Source: Flaccisagitta enflata
Taxonomy: Eukaryota
Direction: 5' to 3'
NCBI GenBank assembly: GCA_965153355.1
Contig: OZ231126.1
Span: 33,728,001 to 33,792,000, forward strand
DNA length: 64,000 nucleotides
The notes under the pieces are model-generated. The model was given only the letters and a program-made list of their open reading frames with translations. It was not told the origin of the DNA and did not search any database. Shown here in pieces: positions 16,184-28,860 of this stretch; the stretch's first letter is position 1; each line of letters opens with the position of its first letter. Position numbers and translations under genes: made by a program.

Positions 16184-19100
16184 ATGTCTACCATGAAAAG
16201 AAGAAGGCGATTGATATCCCTCTCATATTCTACGGAAAAGAATGATGAGCCGGAGGAGGAAGAGGAAGTTGAGGCGACTCTCCAACAGTCTACAACGTCG
16301 GAAAATCTCGTCGTCGACGTCGACAGCAACGACAGCAGTAGCAGCAGCCTGCCGCGACGCAGCACGATCCCGAAGGCGGAACGCGTCGTCGACCGGAGTC
16401 TGTGGCTGCGCATCGGCGACATCCGCTTCAATCCAACGGTGACGTTCGCCTCCATCATCTTCGTCTGGCTATTCGTTGCTTGGTGCATCGTATCACCGGA
16501 AGGGGCGCAAGTGCGTATCTCCGCCACCAGGGATTGGATATCCCATCACTTCACCTGGATGTACGTGGCAATCATGAACGGCTGGATCTTGTTTTGGATA
16601 TGGGTTTATTTCTCGAAATATTCCTCGATCAAGTTGGGCCGCGACGACGAAGAGCCCGAATTTAACGACGCGAGTTGGTTCATGATGTTTTTCTCCTGCG
16701 GCGTTAGCATTGGATTATTTTTCTACAGCGTTTCGGAACCTATGGCGCATTACACTCAGGTTTTTATTCTAAAATACCATTCGCAACCTTGTATGGTATG
16801 CGAATGATTTCTTCAAGCAATGATATTATAACATTGACTATTAAACAATTCATTACACATAGCTCACTTGCGACGGATAAGGATGGGCATTGATAGCCAC
16901 CGGGAGCGGGATTGATTTGATTGCGTTAATTTTTTGTCAACCAAAACCTTAATATTCCAGTAAGTGTCTGGAATTTTTTCCTAAGAAACAAAATTGGTGA
17001 TGTGATTGAATGCCGTTTTCCTTATTGATTTTCTCTTTGCGGCTCATTGCGGCACACCTTTTAAAGGTTGTCTTTTCATATGCAAATTAGTGTGAGTGAC
17101 TAATTTGCATAAGAAAATGTTTCTTAGCGACTTCCAAGTTTCATAGAATTTTAAGGGATGGTGGTAGATGTTGTTTGGAAGCTATGGCCCTAATTTCAAT
17201 CCAAATTTCGCATTTCTAAAGCAGGAAAATGGCGATTTGAGCAAAAACAAAAATGAAAAGACGAATTGACGTTTAATTTGATCATATTTGCCAACATCCA
17301 CTAGAAAAAAAATTGCTTGATAACATCTTGCTAGACGCATATGACTATAACGCAACCAGAACAAGTCATCCAAGGATCGCACATGGTCAGTACTGCCGAT
17401 GCTTGACTATGAGTTGAGTGAAAAATTGCAAAGGCCATGTCACAGCTCTAGGGGCCGATGTTTGTGGACACCTGAGGGCAATTTAATTTTCCGCTGATTC
17501 ATTGGGAATGGTGGATTCTATCCTGGGGATTCATTGGAAATTCACCGAGAGGCTGGATTTTTCCTGCCCAAGAGGTCTATGATTTGATTTGACCCTGGAG
17601 GCCTGGTTTCTCTCTCTTTCCTTTTTGAGGCCTGAGAGGTTGATTGGAGGCCTGAGGTTGATTTGAGGCCTGAGAGGCAGATTTGAGGCCTAAGACGAGG
17701 TTGAGGCCTGAGAGGCTGGATTTGAGGCCTGAAAGGCAGAAGCTGGGAGGGGACGACACGCACGGACGGACGCCGGACGGACGTATGGAAATTCACCCCT
17801 GTGTCCTACAGGACATCGGCCCTATGGGGCCGCTGCCCAAAAAGGGTAAAAAATACTTATTTGATTTTTGACCACTCCATACTAGCAATGACTACTGCCA
17901 TGTTATGACATCTTACAGAGCATTGTATTTGGTTAAAATATTCCAGCGGGCTTACTTTAAGGATTCACATTACAGCATAACCGATATGGGGCCGATCAAT
18001 TTGCTCCGGACAACCTGTTGGCGCAACAATCGATTAACTTGGCGCTGTTTCATTGGGGAATACACGGATGGATCGTCTACTCCATGGTTGGATGCCTCAT
18101 CGGAATCATCTCTTACCGAAAAGGTCATTGGATTTTTCCTGCTGTCGGTCAATCTGTCTATCTATCTGTATCTCTCTCTCTCTCTCTCTCACCCTCACTC
18201 TCTCCCTCACGACCTCACCCTCTCTCTTCCTTATTACTCAAATTCCATTTCTATCCTAAGGTCTTCCAATGTCGTTAAAAAGTTGTTTTTGGCCCCTGAT
18301 TGGTGACAAGATTTTTGGTTTACTCGGAGATGTCGTCGATATTCTGTCAATCTTTACAACACTCTTTGGCGTTTGCACCGCTTTTGGATTAGGTGCTCGG
18401 CAAATCAACCAAGGTTTGTTGGTGCCGAGCAAGGACGAATATGTTTGGGCGGGCAACAGTAAAGCCCATTTTTTTAGCTGAAATAAGCCATGACTTTTTG
18501 CTTAAACCGTAAATCATCGGCAATTTGAATACAATGAATAACTAGTCATCCAAGGATCGCACATGGTCAGCGGTACCCGATGCCCTGCTTTATTGCTTTT
18601 TCAAAGTACTATCCTGGAAAAAATAAAAGTCCAAGCTGAATAAAAGAATGATTTGATTTTAAATCTGATAAGATAATGACCATTTTCATAAGCCCAGTGT
18701 TTAGAATAACGTTTTTAGATTTTAGAAACCACTTGCATCTGTAAGGGTATGTCTTGGTAAAGAGTATGATGCCATTTTGAAGTAAACTACTTGATTAAAA
18801 AAAAACAACCGCACCCTATTTTGAGTTAAAGAATAAGAAAAACATATAATTTGAACATTTTTTTGTTGAGGTGATTTGAAAGATTTTCAAATTTTCTTTC
18901 ATTCTAGACCAATCTCAAAACTGTATCTCAAACGGTTTAGGAGCTAGAGCTTGTCAAAGTTATCTTCTAATTTGTAAAGATACTCATTTTTCAATTGGAT
19001 TGCAAACTGAAAATGGCAATGTTTTTACTTATTCTTATGCCATTTCTAAACGAATAAAGCTAGAATTTCCAGATTGGAACCAAATAAAAGATCTTTTCAA

Positions 19101-21651
19101 GAGCTTTCTTACAGTCTAAGATCTTATTAGTTATTTTGAAATTCAGTATGACAATTTGCCATTTAAAAGTGCGGCTTTTTTTATGAGTTGAGTAGTAATG
19201 CCCCCACACATTTTTTTACAATTTCTAAGAATGAACGTTCTCACTCTTTTTGATGTAGAATCCAAATGAATAGAGCTATGAATCTCTGCTTGGCGGCAAT
19301 AGATAGCCCTGATCAAGAGCTTCAAAATGGTCACTGATTTTCCTTTCAAATATATCAAAGCGACACTGTAACAAAACCTCATGCATTTATAATCTATTCA
19401 AGTTTTGTGTCGATTTCCTAAGATCAACACTTCCACTTATTTTGATGTAAAATCTAAACGAACAACGCAATGAGTCTCAGCTTGGCACCATTTGCTAGCC
19501 CTGTTTATTAGCTGCATTTTGGTCACCAATTTTTATGTCAAATCATGTATATCAAAGCTATAATATGACAAAACGTCCTGGACTTTTATTTTTTCCTAGA
19601 TAGTAGTGAGGTGGAAGCAGAGCAGCGGCCTCAAACAGCTGATGTCCTGCAGAACACAGGGGTGAATCATTACATCCTTCCCTCTCTGACTGATTTGGGA
19701 GGGTTGACTTATTTTAGGCCTGTGATGATTGGTTTTGGATTCGAGTTATTTAGGTGTGATTAAGCAGGGGTTTTGTTTCACAGGCTAGGATTTGGGCTTG
19801 AATGCTGAGATGAGAGCCTCATGGCTGGGATTAGGGCCTCAATGCTAGAATTTGGGTCTTCAAGCTGGGATTTAGACTTTTAGGCTGAGATTTGGGCCAT
19901 CAGGCTCGGATTTGGGCCATCAGTCTGGGACTTGAGTCTTGAAGACATTTGGGTCTAAGGTCCTCGGGGGAGGGGGAACATATGGACGGATGGTCATAAT
20001 AGTTCACCCCTGTGTTCTACAGGACATCGGCACTTTGGGGCCGCTGCCCAAAAAGGGCTATGAAATGGTAGGCGCATCTTTCGCACCTGAGGGGGTTCAA
20101 GCCACACAGTAGTTTATACTAATTATTTTTGGTCTGAGACGAGGATTGTTGCGTTTTCTAGCCTTTATTCGCAGTAAAAACTCTACTAACAATTCTTATG
20201 AAGGATTCCACATATTGAACCCGGAAATCGACATCAAGATGACGACTCAAGTGATGATCATATGGGTGACAACGTTCATCGCCACGATTTCAACCGTCAC
20301 CGGCATTGCCGTCGGCATAAGACGAATCTCAGAGTTCTGCATGGGAGTCGGATTTTTCATTCTCGGATGCTCGTTTTATCTAGATGATCCTGTCTTTACC
20401 CTCAATTCCTTTGTACAGGTATTTCGAATGTCCTCAACTGACCTTATAATTTACCAGATCAAAACAAGTGACTGATTTATGTCATTGTAAATTCAAAAGG
20501 GCATCCATCATTGTTAATAAAGGCCCTGTCCACCATTTTAATTCCATTTATGCAAATGGTGAGATATTTATGAAGGGATGATGATCATTTCCGCAGAACA
20601 TCGGGTTTTACCTCTCCACGTTGGTCCAACTTGGCTGTCACACCGACTCGTGGGAGCAATCGGGTCCTTCCCATGGAGGCGTGGATCGCGGCCGCGCCTA
20701 CGACGACGGCAAAGCCGACGGCCCAAAGGAATGGATGTCCATGTGGACGACCTTCTTCTGGGGCTTTTGGTATTCCTACGCGCCCTTCGTCGGCATCTTC
20801 TTGGCCAAGATCTCGAGAGGGCGGACGATTCGCGAGTTTATCAACGGCTCCATGACCACGCCCATCATCTTCGTCTTCTTCTGGGTGACGAATTTCGGCG
20901 GCTCCGGTCTCAAAATGGAAAGAGAAGCCGCTGGATTGAGTCTCTGCTGCGATCACAGACTCAATCTCTCCGCGGTCGCGCTGAGAGCGTCGGAATATCA
21001 CAACGCGGCATTCAATCGTTCCGTCGTTTTTGAAAACGACGATTTGAACCAACCTCCAGTGAAACTTCCCGTTGTAGACCACAGTCTTTGCGACCAATCG
21101 AAAGGGTGCGACCAGTGCTCCGATTCGTTTTGGAAAAGATATGCGCCGAAACTTTCGGAAGTCGAGTCTGCGTCTCCCGTTACGTCGGAGCCGGATGTCA
21201 AAACTTTTCCTCTTCCTCCTCCATCTTCCTACGCGACGATGGCGTCTTTCCTGACCTCGATCGCCAACGGAAGTCTTCACGCCAACATGCCGACTCCGTT
21301 TCGTGACGGCCGGCGCGAGATCGTCCGTTTATCTTGTCTGGAAGTGGAGCATCAGTGGTTCGCGTTGCTACGTTCTTACGGCGGACTCGGACAATTCCTA
21401 TCCGTCATCTCGATGGGCGCCATCGTGCTCTATTTCGTCACTTCCGCCGACTCGGCGGCTCTCGTCATCGACAGTCTTTCGGCCAATGGATCGGAAACGA
21501 CGCCCAGAGTGCAGAGAGCATTTTGGTCCCTCATGGTAAGATTGTTGTAGCAAGAGAGGTTGTAAATTTGCACAATGAAAATGTGAAATGAATTTCTCGT
21601 TTCCCCAGTGTCTTGCCTTTCTTGACTTTCTATCAGTCTGCCTCTCTTTTT

Positions 21652-21687
<36 letters not shown>

Positions 21688-21807
21688 CGTCGCAGCAGGG
21701 GAGAGGAAAGCCATATTTCTTCATTGTCGGGGTCTTCATATGAGTTAGTGGGTTACCCCTTTTGTTTTTTCTTTTTTCTTTTCTTACTTTTTTTCCCTCC
21801 TTGTGTC

Positions 21808-21858
<51 letters not shown>

Positions 21859-22120
21859 TTTTCTTTTTTCTTTCATTCTATGGTTTTAATAATCCATTCA
21901 TTCATGCCTTTATTTGCTCATTCATTGATTCATTCACTTATTCTCTTATTCTTTGTTTCTTTGTTTCTTTATTTTTTAATTTCTCTTTTTCTCTCTCTTC
22001 TTTCTTTTTTTCTTTGTTTATTTCTTCCTTTGTTTCCTTGTCTCTTTTTTGTTTCTTTCTCTCTCTCTTGCTGTCTGATTTTCATCCTCTCTTTCCTTCT
22101 TTCTTTCTTCTTTCTCTTTT

Positions 22121-22184
<64 letters not shown>

Positions 22185-22208
22185 TTTTTCTTTCTTTCTT
22201 TCTTTATT

Positions 22209-22241
<33 letters not shown>

Positions 22242-25200
22242 GTTTCTTTCTTTGTTTCTTTCTTCTTTCTTTTACTCCCCTTTTTGGGCAGCGGCCCCAA
22301 AGGGCTGATGTCCTGTAGAACACAGGGGGGAATTTCCAGATGTCCACCTTTCGTCCGTCCGTCCCCGTTGGCCATCAAGACCTCAGATCTGCCCTCCCAG
22401 CCCTCAATTTAGCCTTCGAGGCCTCAAATCAGCCTTCCAGGCTTATAATCAGCCCCCTCAGCTTCAGATCTGCCCTCCAGACCTCAAATCTGCCCTCCAG
22501 ACCTTCAATTAGCCTCTAAAGCATCAAACCAGCTGTCCGTGGCGCAAATTTGCCCTCAAAACCTCAAATCAGCTCTCCAAGCCTTAATTCTGCCCTCCAG
22601 ACTTCAAATATGCCTTCAGTGGCCTAAATTAGTTTTCTAAGGCCTGAAATATGCCCCCTCAGGACATCTGGAAATTCCCCCCTGTGTTCTATAGGACATC
22701 GGTCCTTTGGGGCCGCTGCCCTGCTCTCACTCCACTTCATGACTGAATCACTCCCAGCAGGGCATTGGGTACCGCTGACCATGTGCGATCCTTGGCTGAC
22801 TAGTTTTCTCGTTCCCACACTCTTAGTCCAGTCTGTTGATGCAAGAAATTAAGCAAACTGGGCTTTTCTGGCACAAAGCTTAAAAATTTGCACACAAGTC
22901 TTTAAAGTCATATAGATCATGATAATGAAAGGTGCAGGTCAAAAAAATTTGTGAACCTATCTTAAAGATTCATTAAACATTTTTAAAATCATGCAATCGC
23001 CAAACCATTTGCCTCAGGGCAATAGAATTTTATAAGCTGGAAAACGTTTTATACATGTCCATACCAAATTTCAACTCAATAGCTTTTTTAGAAGCAGAGA
23101 TATAGCCAATTTACTTTGGGATGTATTTTTCTCAAAAAAGCCCTTTTTTAAAAAAAAAGCGCAATTTTTATATACAAAAATAAATTGGCTAGGTACAATT
23201 GTACAATCATCTGTGATCTTTTGTTTTTAAGACTTTTTAAGCGTATAATTTAAAATCAGGGTTAGGGGTGGGTTTAGGGTTAGGGATAGTTTTAGGGTTA
23301 GGGTTAGGGACAGGGTTAGCTTTAGGGCTGAGGGTTTGCTGGGTTTTATGTATTACGGCCCAAAGCTATTCGAATTAAAGCTTCGGCTCTGGCGGAGGAT
23401 TTGGAAAGGAAAACAAAATCGTGCAGAGAATCATTCATTTTGTCCATTGGCTATATCTCTGCTTTGAATAAAGATAAAGAGCTGAAATTAAGTGTGCATA
23501 TGTACAAAATGCATAATTCTTAGCTCTCTAAATGCATACATGGCCAAAAGATATTCGTTATTCGTTATCTTCAGTTATTCGAATAAAAATGGTGATTATC
23601 TTCATCTTATCTTTTTGTTATTTTGAGAGCTCGAATAATCATCTTATCTTTATCTTATCTTTTCGATTTTGGGAGATAATCTTATTCAAAAAAATTCCAA
23701 TAACCTCGAATAATGCTTTTTTACCAGAATACGCGTAAAGTCATAGCCTCATAGGAAGTTCTTATAATTGTATTTTTCAGCAGTGGCAGCACGATAGAGG
23801 GACCCAGACAAAGGAAAAAAAATGTTTTTTTTACTCAAACTAATGCCTTTTCTAACATCTCTGAATTTTTGTTGGTTTTCAAGAGCTAAATAAGCCATTC
23901 TAGGGAGCGTCTTTTTCAGTGAACTCATGATTTTAAGAAGTACTTTGCACATCTTTTTTAGTATATTTCAACCTTATATGGGAACGAGGGCCCACTGGTC
24001 AAATGTTGGTCATTGAAGGCTGATTAGGGGGTGTATATGCAAACAAGTTACAAAAAACAGGGTGCACTTTAAATTCACGATATCAGCCTAATCAGGGTAT
24101 GCATAATTGCATAATTGTCTATTGTATTGGTTATTCTCATGGTTTATCCTTCTCTAGCTCTCTTAGAGTCGTATGTCAGGGATTCATCCTCAATGATTTG
24201 TCAGCGCATTGTTATTCGAAAAGTTATTCGAAAAACGAATAAAAGATCATCATCTTATCTTATCTTCATCTTTGGCAAAATGATGCTTTATCTTATCTTA
24301 TTTTATCTTTTTGAAAATTTAGTGGTTTTATCTTTTATCTTATTCAAATAATCAAGGTGAGTTATCTTGGACAATGGACATGTATGTTTAAATGTCATTG
24401 CTGTCACTCAAGCGGTTTGGCAATGGCATAATATGAAAATTTTAAATGAATTTCTAAGATAGGTGCTCAAATTTTTTTGATGTGCACCTATCGTATTCAT
24501 GATCTACATGGCTTAAAATTTTATTTTCCAAATTTCAATGCTTTGTGCTGGAAAAGCCGAGTCCTTTCTTCAATAACCTGGACTATCTGCCCATCTTCCG
24601 TTCTCGCCTCCTTCATTTCTATATTTCCCTCCTCTCCACTCCCTTCTACAGGTTGGTCTTACCGCGACAGCCATCTTAGTAACCACGGGAGAGACCGGCT
24701 TACGAACTTTACAATCCGTTCCTCTCATCATGGGCTTCCCGTACGCCTTCATTATCTGCTTTATGTGTTTCTCACTTTACTTCCTGTTACGTCACGAGAA
24801 GAACGAGATCAACTTGATGACGGATCGACGATTTCGACTCCACATTCTCGATCCCGTCACTCGACTCAAACCCAAATCTCTCGTCAACTTTGTCTTCAAC
24901 TTCATCGCGGCGCCGTGGACGATCGCCAGTGCCGGCGCCCAGCTGCTCGACGTCGCCTTCTGGCAGTTGCTGCTGCTTCTCGGCGTCACATGGGGCGGCG
25001 CCGTCGGGTTGGCGTTGGCCTCGATCGTGGCGCCGGATGTGATGGCGTTATCTTTAATCTTTTACGTCACGTTCGCCGTTTCCGTGGCGACGATTCGCTA
25101 CGCCATTCGTGGCGTGTGTGGCGTGGCCGGTGGCGTGATGTGTGACGGTTTCGTCGGATTTTGTTTGTTTCCGGCGTTTGCCATGCAAATTCAGGCCGAA

Positions 25201-25317
25201 GTGAGGACCGATGAGGAGAGTGAGAAGGGTGACAACGACGACGACAACGACGACGACGACGACGATGGTGATGTCGATGATGACGAGGAGAAGGAAATGA
25301 AAATGCGGAAGATTTAG
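16184..25317 (+). CDS. BCCT-family (betaine/carnitine/choline) transporter, 898 aa. Exons 16184-16759, 17976-18123, 18261-18413, 20204-20418, 20597-21535, 24652-25317
   Basis: Family motifs IKLGRDDEEPEFNDASWFMMFFSCGVSIGLFFYSVSEP, FHWGIHGWIVY, YRKGLP, WTTFFWGFWYSYAPFVGIFLAKISRGRTIREF and YFVTSADS. All five introns are GT-AG with compatible phases (0,1,1,0,0); a TACTAAC branch point precedes exon 4; spliced length is 2697 nt ending in TAG. Confidence 0.92.
18609..19603. mobile_element. Tc1/mariner-type MITE (TA TSD) in BCCT intron 3
   Basis: TA|ctatcctggaaaaaataaaagtcca ... tggacttttattttttcctagatag|TA. Confidence 0.75.
21760..22275. repeat. (TTTC)n pyrimidine-rich microsatellite
   Basis: Read directly from the sequence. 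Confidence 0.9.
22824..24585. mobile_element. Non-autonomous DNA transposon with TAG...CTA termini and 3-bp TSD TCT (Academ-like) in BCCT intron 5
   Basis: tct|tagtccag...ggcttttctggcacaaagc is inverted to gctttgtgctggaaaagcc...ctggacta|tct. Confidence 0.65.
23256..23345 (+). repeat. Degenerate interstitial (TTAGGG)n-like tract
   Basis: ttagggttagggatagttttagggttagggttagggacagggttag. Confidence 0.75.
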
Positions 25318-25784
25318 AAAGGGATTGGATAAGAGTGGGATTGGAAGTGTGGAATTTGCCGGGGGCGGAAAAGAAGTTGTTTTTTTTTCTCTCTGTCTTT
25401 GCTTTTGCTGATAATCGAGAAAATGTTTTGTGCGTAAATATTTGGTGTACGAAGTAAATCATATTTGCTTCTTTGTTTTCACGTTATTAGAAATGTAATT
25501 GGACCTGTCACGCATTTCTTGATCGTTCTATTTCGTTGTTTTGAATTTGGTTCATAAATTGTAACATTGAGTAAACATTGATCTAACCATAAAATTACCT
25601 GTGTTCATACTAAGTTCTTACTCACCATGATGAATGAAAAATTGATAGCTTGCCCAGTGCATGTGGTACCCGGCGTTAATGGTTTAGGGCAGGATCAAAA
25701 CGAGAGTAAAATTGAGAGCGTAGGTTTTGAATATGTATTATTTTAAAAAAAGGAACATGAGGAGGGATCTTTTCTCCTAATCTA

Positions 25785-27320
25785 CAGTGCGGCGCATGAA
25801 AAAGTTTCCATCAGTTTAGAAGCTAGTTAATCCAGTTGTAATACTTTAAACAATTAAAATCTACAAGATTTTATAACTTTTTCAAAAACTCTACATATCT
25901 AGTCCAATCCCATTCATGTGACTAAAATCGTTAGAAATACCATAAAGGTTCAAAAATGATGAGCAATTTACTCATGTTTGAAAGCGAACAGCCTTTGATA
26001 GAACACAAAGTTGATTTTGTTTTCTTTAAATACATTGAAAACGGTCTATGATTCATACATCATATCCATGTTCATTTTAAAGAGCTTCAAAAACTCTACA
26101 AATCTTGACCAAGCAGAACTTTGTGGCTTGGTTTGTTTTGAAATGACATTAGTTTAAAGAAAAATGGTCATGTTTTCTATCAAGCAAAATATCACATTTT
26201 TTCACTCCTTTTTTTCAAGGTAATTTTGATATGCACAGGCCTGAAAATAGAGCGTGCCCGCGTGCCCGCGTGCCCGGTGCACGCAGTTCTGCTGTCGGGC
26301 ACGCAGCATTTACTAGCTGCGTGCCCGGCGTGCACGCTCTTGTGTCTCTTTTATTTTTTTCATCTCTCATGCTTAAAAAAAAAAAACAGAAAAAAATGAG
26401 CAAAATGGCCACTCTCGGCCTTCTTTTCACCTTCTCGCATTCAATCCTTCAACCAATCACTCATTCATTTATTCATTCATCCATCCATTTATTCTTTCAT
26501 TCACTCATTCATTCATTCATTCATTCATTCATTCATTCATTCATTCATTCTTTCTTTCTTTCTTTCTTTCTTTCTTAGATTGCGAGGCACAAGTATTTGT
26601 GTAAACTCGGCCTTTTTTTCATCTTTTACTTTGTGCGTTTAAAAGTGTGACACTGGAATTTCATCCTTTTTTGTTTTCAACTGAGAAAAAAAGGTGGATA
26701 CGTGTACCTGGCTGATTAGGCATGTATGAATGAACGTTTTTGATGAATGAACATTTTAATGAAAGTGAATGAAGGTGAGTGAAGGTGAGTGAAAGTGAAA
26801 GTGGGAAGGAGATAAGAAGAAAGATTGAAGCCAGGATTGGCAGTTTTGCGCGGTTTTGACATTTGCGCAATAGACTGACAGACCAACCAACCGACCAATT
26901 GAGGGACAGGCATGACTTCTTATACACACATAAAGATAAAGTCAAATTAAGCTTAGCCTAACTTTTTTTCTAATCAATGCATCAAAACGCTCCAAAATTA
27001 AGAACGTTGTAATTATTTCACTAGTAGCTATCTTTATCTCATTTGAAGGCTTCAGAAAAAACATGTGTGGTTAGAAGTTTGGTAAAACAACGTTTTTTAC
27101 CGGGCACGCTCTTTTCCTGTCGGGCTCGCTAAAATTTTGGGGTGCGTGCCCGGCGTGCACGCTTAGAAGAAATACTAATTTCAGGCCTGGATATGTACTA
27201 CTTCAAATCAATATCACGCCTAAATGAAAAGAGCTAGAATCAAATCAATGTCACGCCTAAACAAAAAGAGCTAGAAATCTGAGATTGACAAAATTGGAAA
27301 CTTTTTTATGCGCCCCACTG
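25785..27320. mobile_element. Tc1/mariner-type MITE (TA TSD) hosting nested insertions
   Basis: TA|cagtgcggcgcatgaaaaagtttcca ... tggaaacttttttatgcgccccactg|TA. Confidence 0.8.
26236..27189. mobile_element. hAT-type MITE nested in the Tc1 MITE
   Basis: TIRs caggcctgaaaatag and ctaatttcaggcctg; 8-bp TSD gatatgca/gatatgta; subterminal cgtgcccg motifs. Confidence 0.75.
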
Positions 27321-27733
27321 TACTGCAGTGCTTATAGAAATGAGGAATAATTTTTCAGTCATATTCACGCGACTCTTTTGCCCGCTTTTTTGGTCGATCG
27401 GTTGGTCCATCCATCCGTCGGACTGTAAATCCATTGTTCTGTTTAAGTTTCCAAACGCTTGTTAAGCCTTTATCATTACAGCCTCTGCCTGCCTGCACAC
27501 CTTGTTTTTATTTCCCTGATTTGTGAATCCCAACTACAGTGAAAAACTTTTCCTCAGAAATGCGAAATTTGCGCCACAAAGGTTATTCCATTCATGTAGA
27601 GCGTGAACTCAGTTTTACGAGTAAATTTGGCAAATGAAATTAGCCTGTCAGAATATTTCTTAAACAAACAGAACTAACGAAATAACGTCTTGTTCCAGTG
27701 ATTTCCTGGTAATCACCAAATTTTCACCGTGAT

Positions 27734-27786
27734 TATAAAAAGTGAGCAACTGCGTTTTTCCTCACTTCGATCTTTCTTATCCCACG
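27734..27786 (+). promoter_or_regulatory. TATA box + initiator + 23-nt non-coding exon 1 of the peptide-precursor gene
   Basis: TATAAAA at 27734-27740; TCACTT initiator with its A at 27764 (30 nt downstream); donor cacg|gtaagt at 27787; matching acceptor ttttcttcag at 29303, 28 nt before the ATG. Confidence 0.65.
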
Positions 27787-27840
27787 GTAAGTTCCTCACT
27801 TCGTCCATGATTTTTTTTAGTAGGCCTTTTTTTAACTCGT

Positions 27841-28860
27841 AACAAGGCCAAGAGATGTCCAATAGATGCGTCCTCTTTAGATGTAAGATATTATCATAGA
27901 AATTATTAAGATATAAAGATATTAAGATATAAAGATATGAAGATATAATAGTATGAAAATATAAAGATTCTGAGATAAAGAGAAAAACATACTGATTCCT
28001 CTCTACCCTCCCCCCCACGCCTCCCCCCGCGCCTCCCCACCCCTCCCCCCACCCCCCACGCCTCCCCCACGCCTCCCCACCCCTCCCCCCCACGCCTCCC
28101 TACGCCTCCCCCCACGCCTCCCAACCCCTCCCCCCACGCCCCCACGCCTCCCCACCCCTCCCCCCCACGCCTCCCTCCACGCCTCCCCCCACGCCTCCCC
28201 CCACGCCCCCCACGCCTCCCCACCCCTCCCCCCGCCTCATCCTCATGAAGAGACATGAAGAGACATGAAGGGACTTGGAGAGACATAGAGAGATATGGAG
28301 AGACATTTAGAGATACGGAGAGACATGTAGAGACATGAGGAAACATAAGGAGACATATAAGAGACATGAAGAGACATACAAGACATAAGAGACATAAGAG
28401 ACCTAAGAGATACAAGAGACATAAGAGATATAGGAGACATAAGAGATATAAGAGATAAAAGAGATACAAGAGATACAAGAGATACGAGATATGAGAGATA
28501 TAAGAGACAAAGGAGACGTATGAGACAAATAGGAGACATAAGAGACATATGGGAGACATATAGGAGACAAAAGAGACAACGAGACATAAGAGACATAAGA
28601 GACATAAGAGACCTAAGATACATAAGAGAAATAAGAGACATAAGAGATATAAGAGACATATAGGAGACAAAAGAGACAAAAGAGACGAAAGAGATGAAAG
28701 AGACATAAGAAATATTAGAGACAAGAAGAGACATGAAGAGAAATAAAGAGAAAACCTTGAAAATCGCGTTTTAGAATTTTCGCGTGACACTCAGACAGAC
28801 ACACAGACAGACCTACCAAGGGACAGACCCTCTTATAGAGATGCGAGGACGCATCTAAAA
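27841..28860 (-). mobile_element. Helentron/DINE-like element inflated by a C-rich (CCCCCACGCCT)n tract (28005-28235) and an (AGAGACATA)n satellite (28245-28740)
   Basis: Ends acaaggcc...tagatgcgtcctc and cagaccctcttatagagatgcgaggacgcatctaaaa are shared with other copies (42760, 54886, 59595). Confidence 0.65.

Noticed and set aside
21613-22412. Hydrophobic 231-aa and 216-aa ORFs as additional membrane proteins
   Set aside because: (TTTC)n microsatellite translations inside BCCT intron 5.
16184-25317. BCCT gene as bacterial contamination
   Set aside because: It has five phase-compatible spliceosomal introns filled with host repeat families.
27906-28790. 294-aa Leu/Cys/Gly-rich - strand ORF
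   Set aside because: A product of the AGAGACATA and C-rich satellites inside a Helentron-like element.
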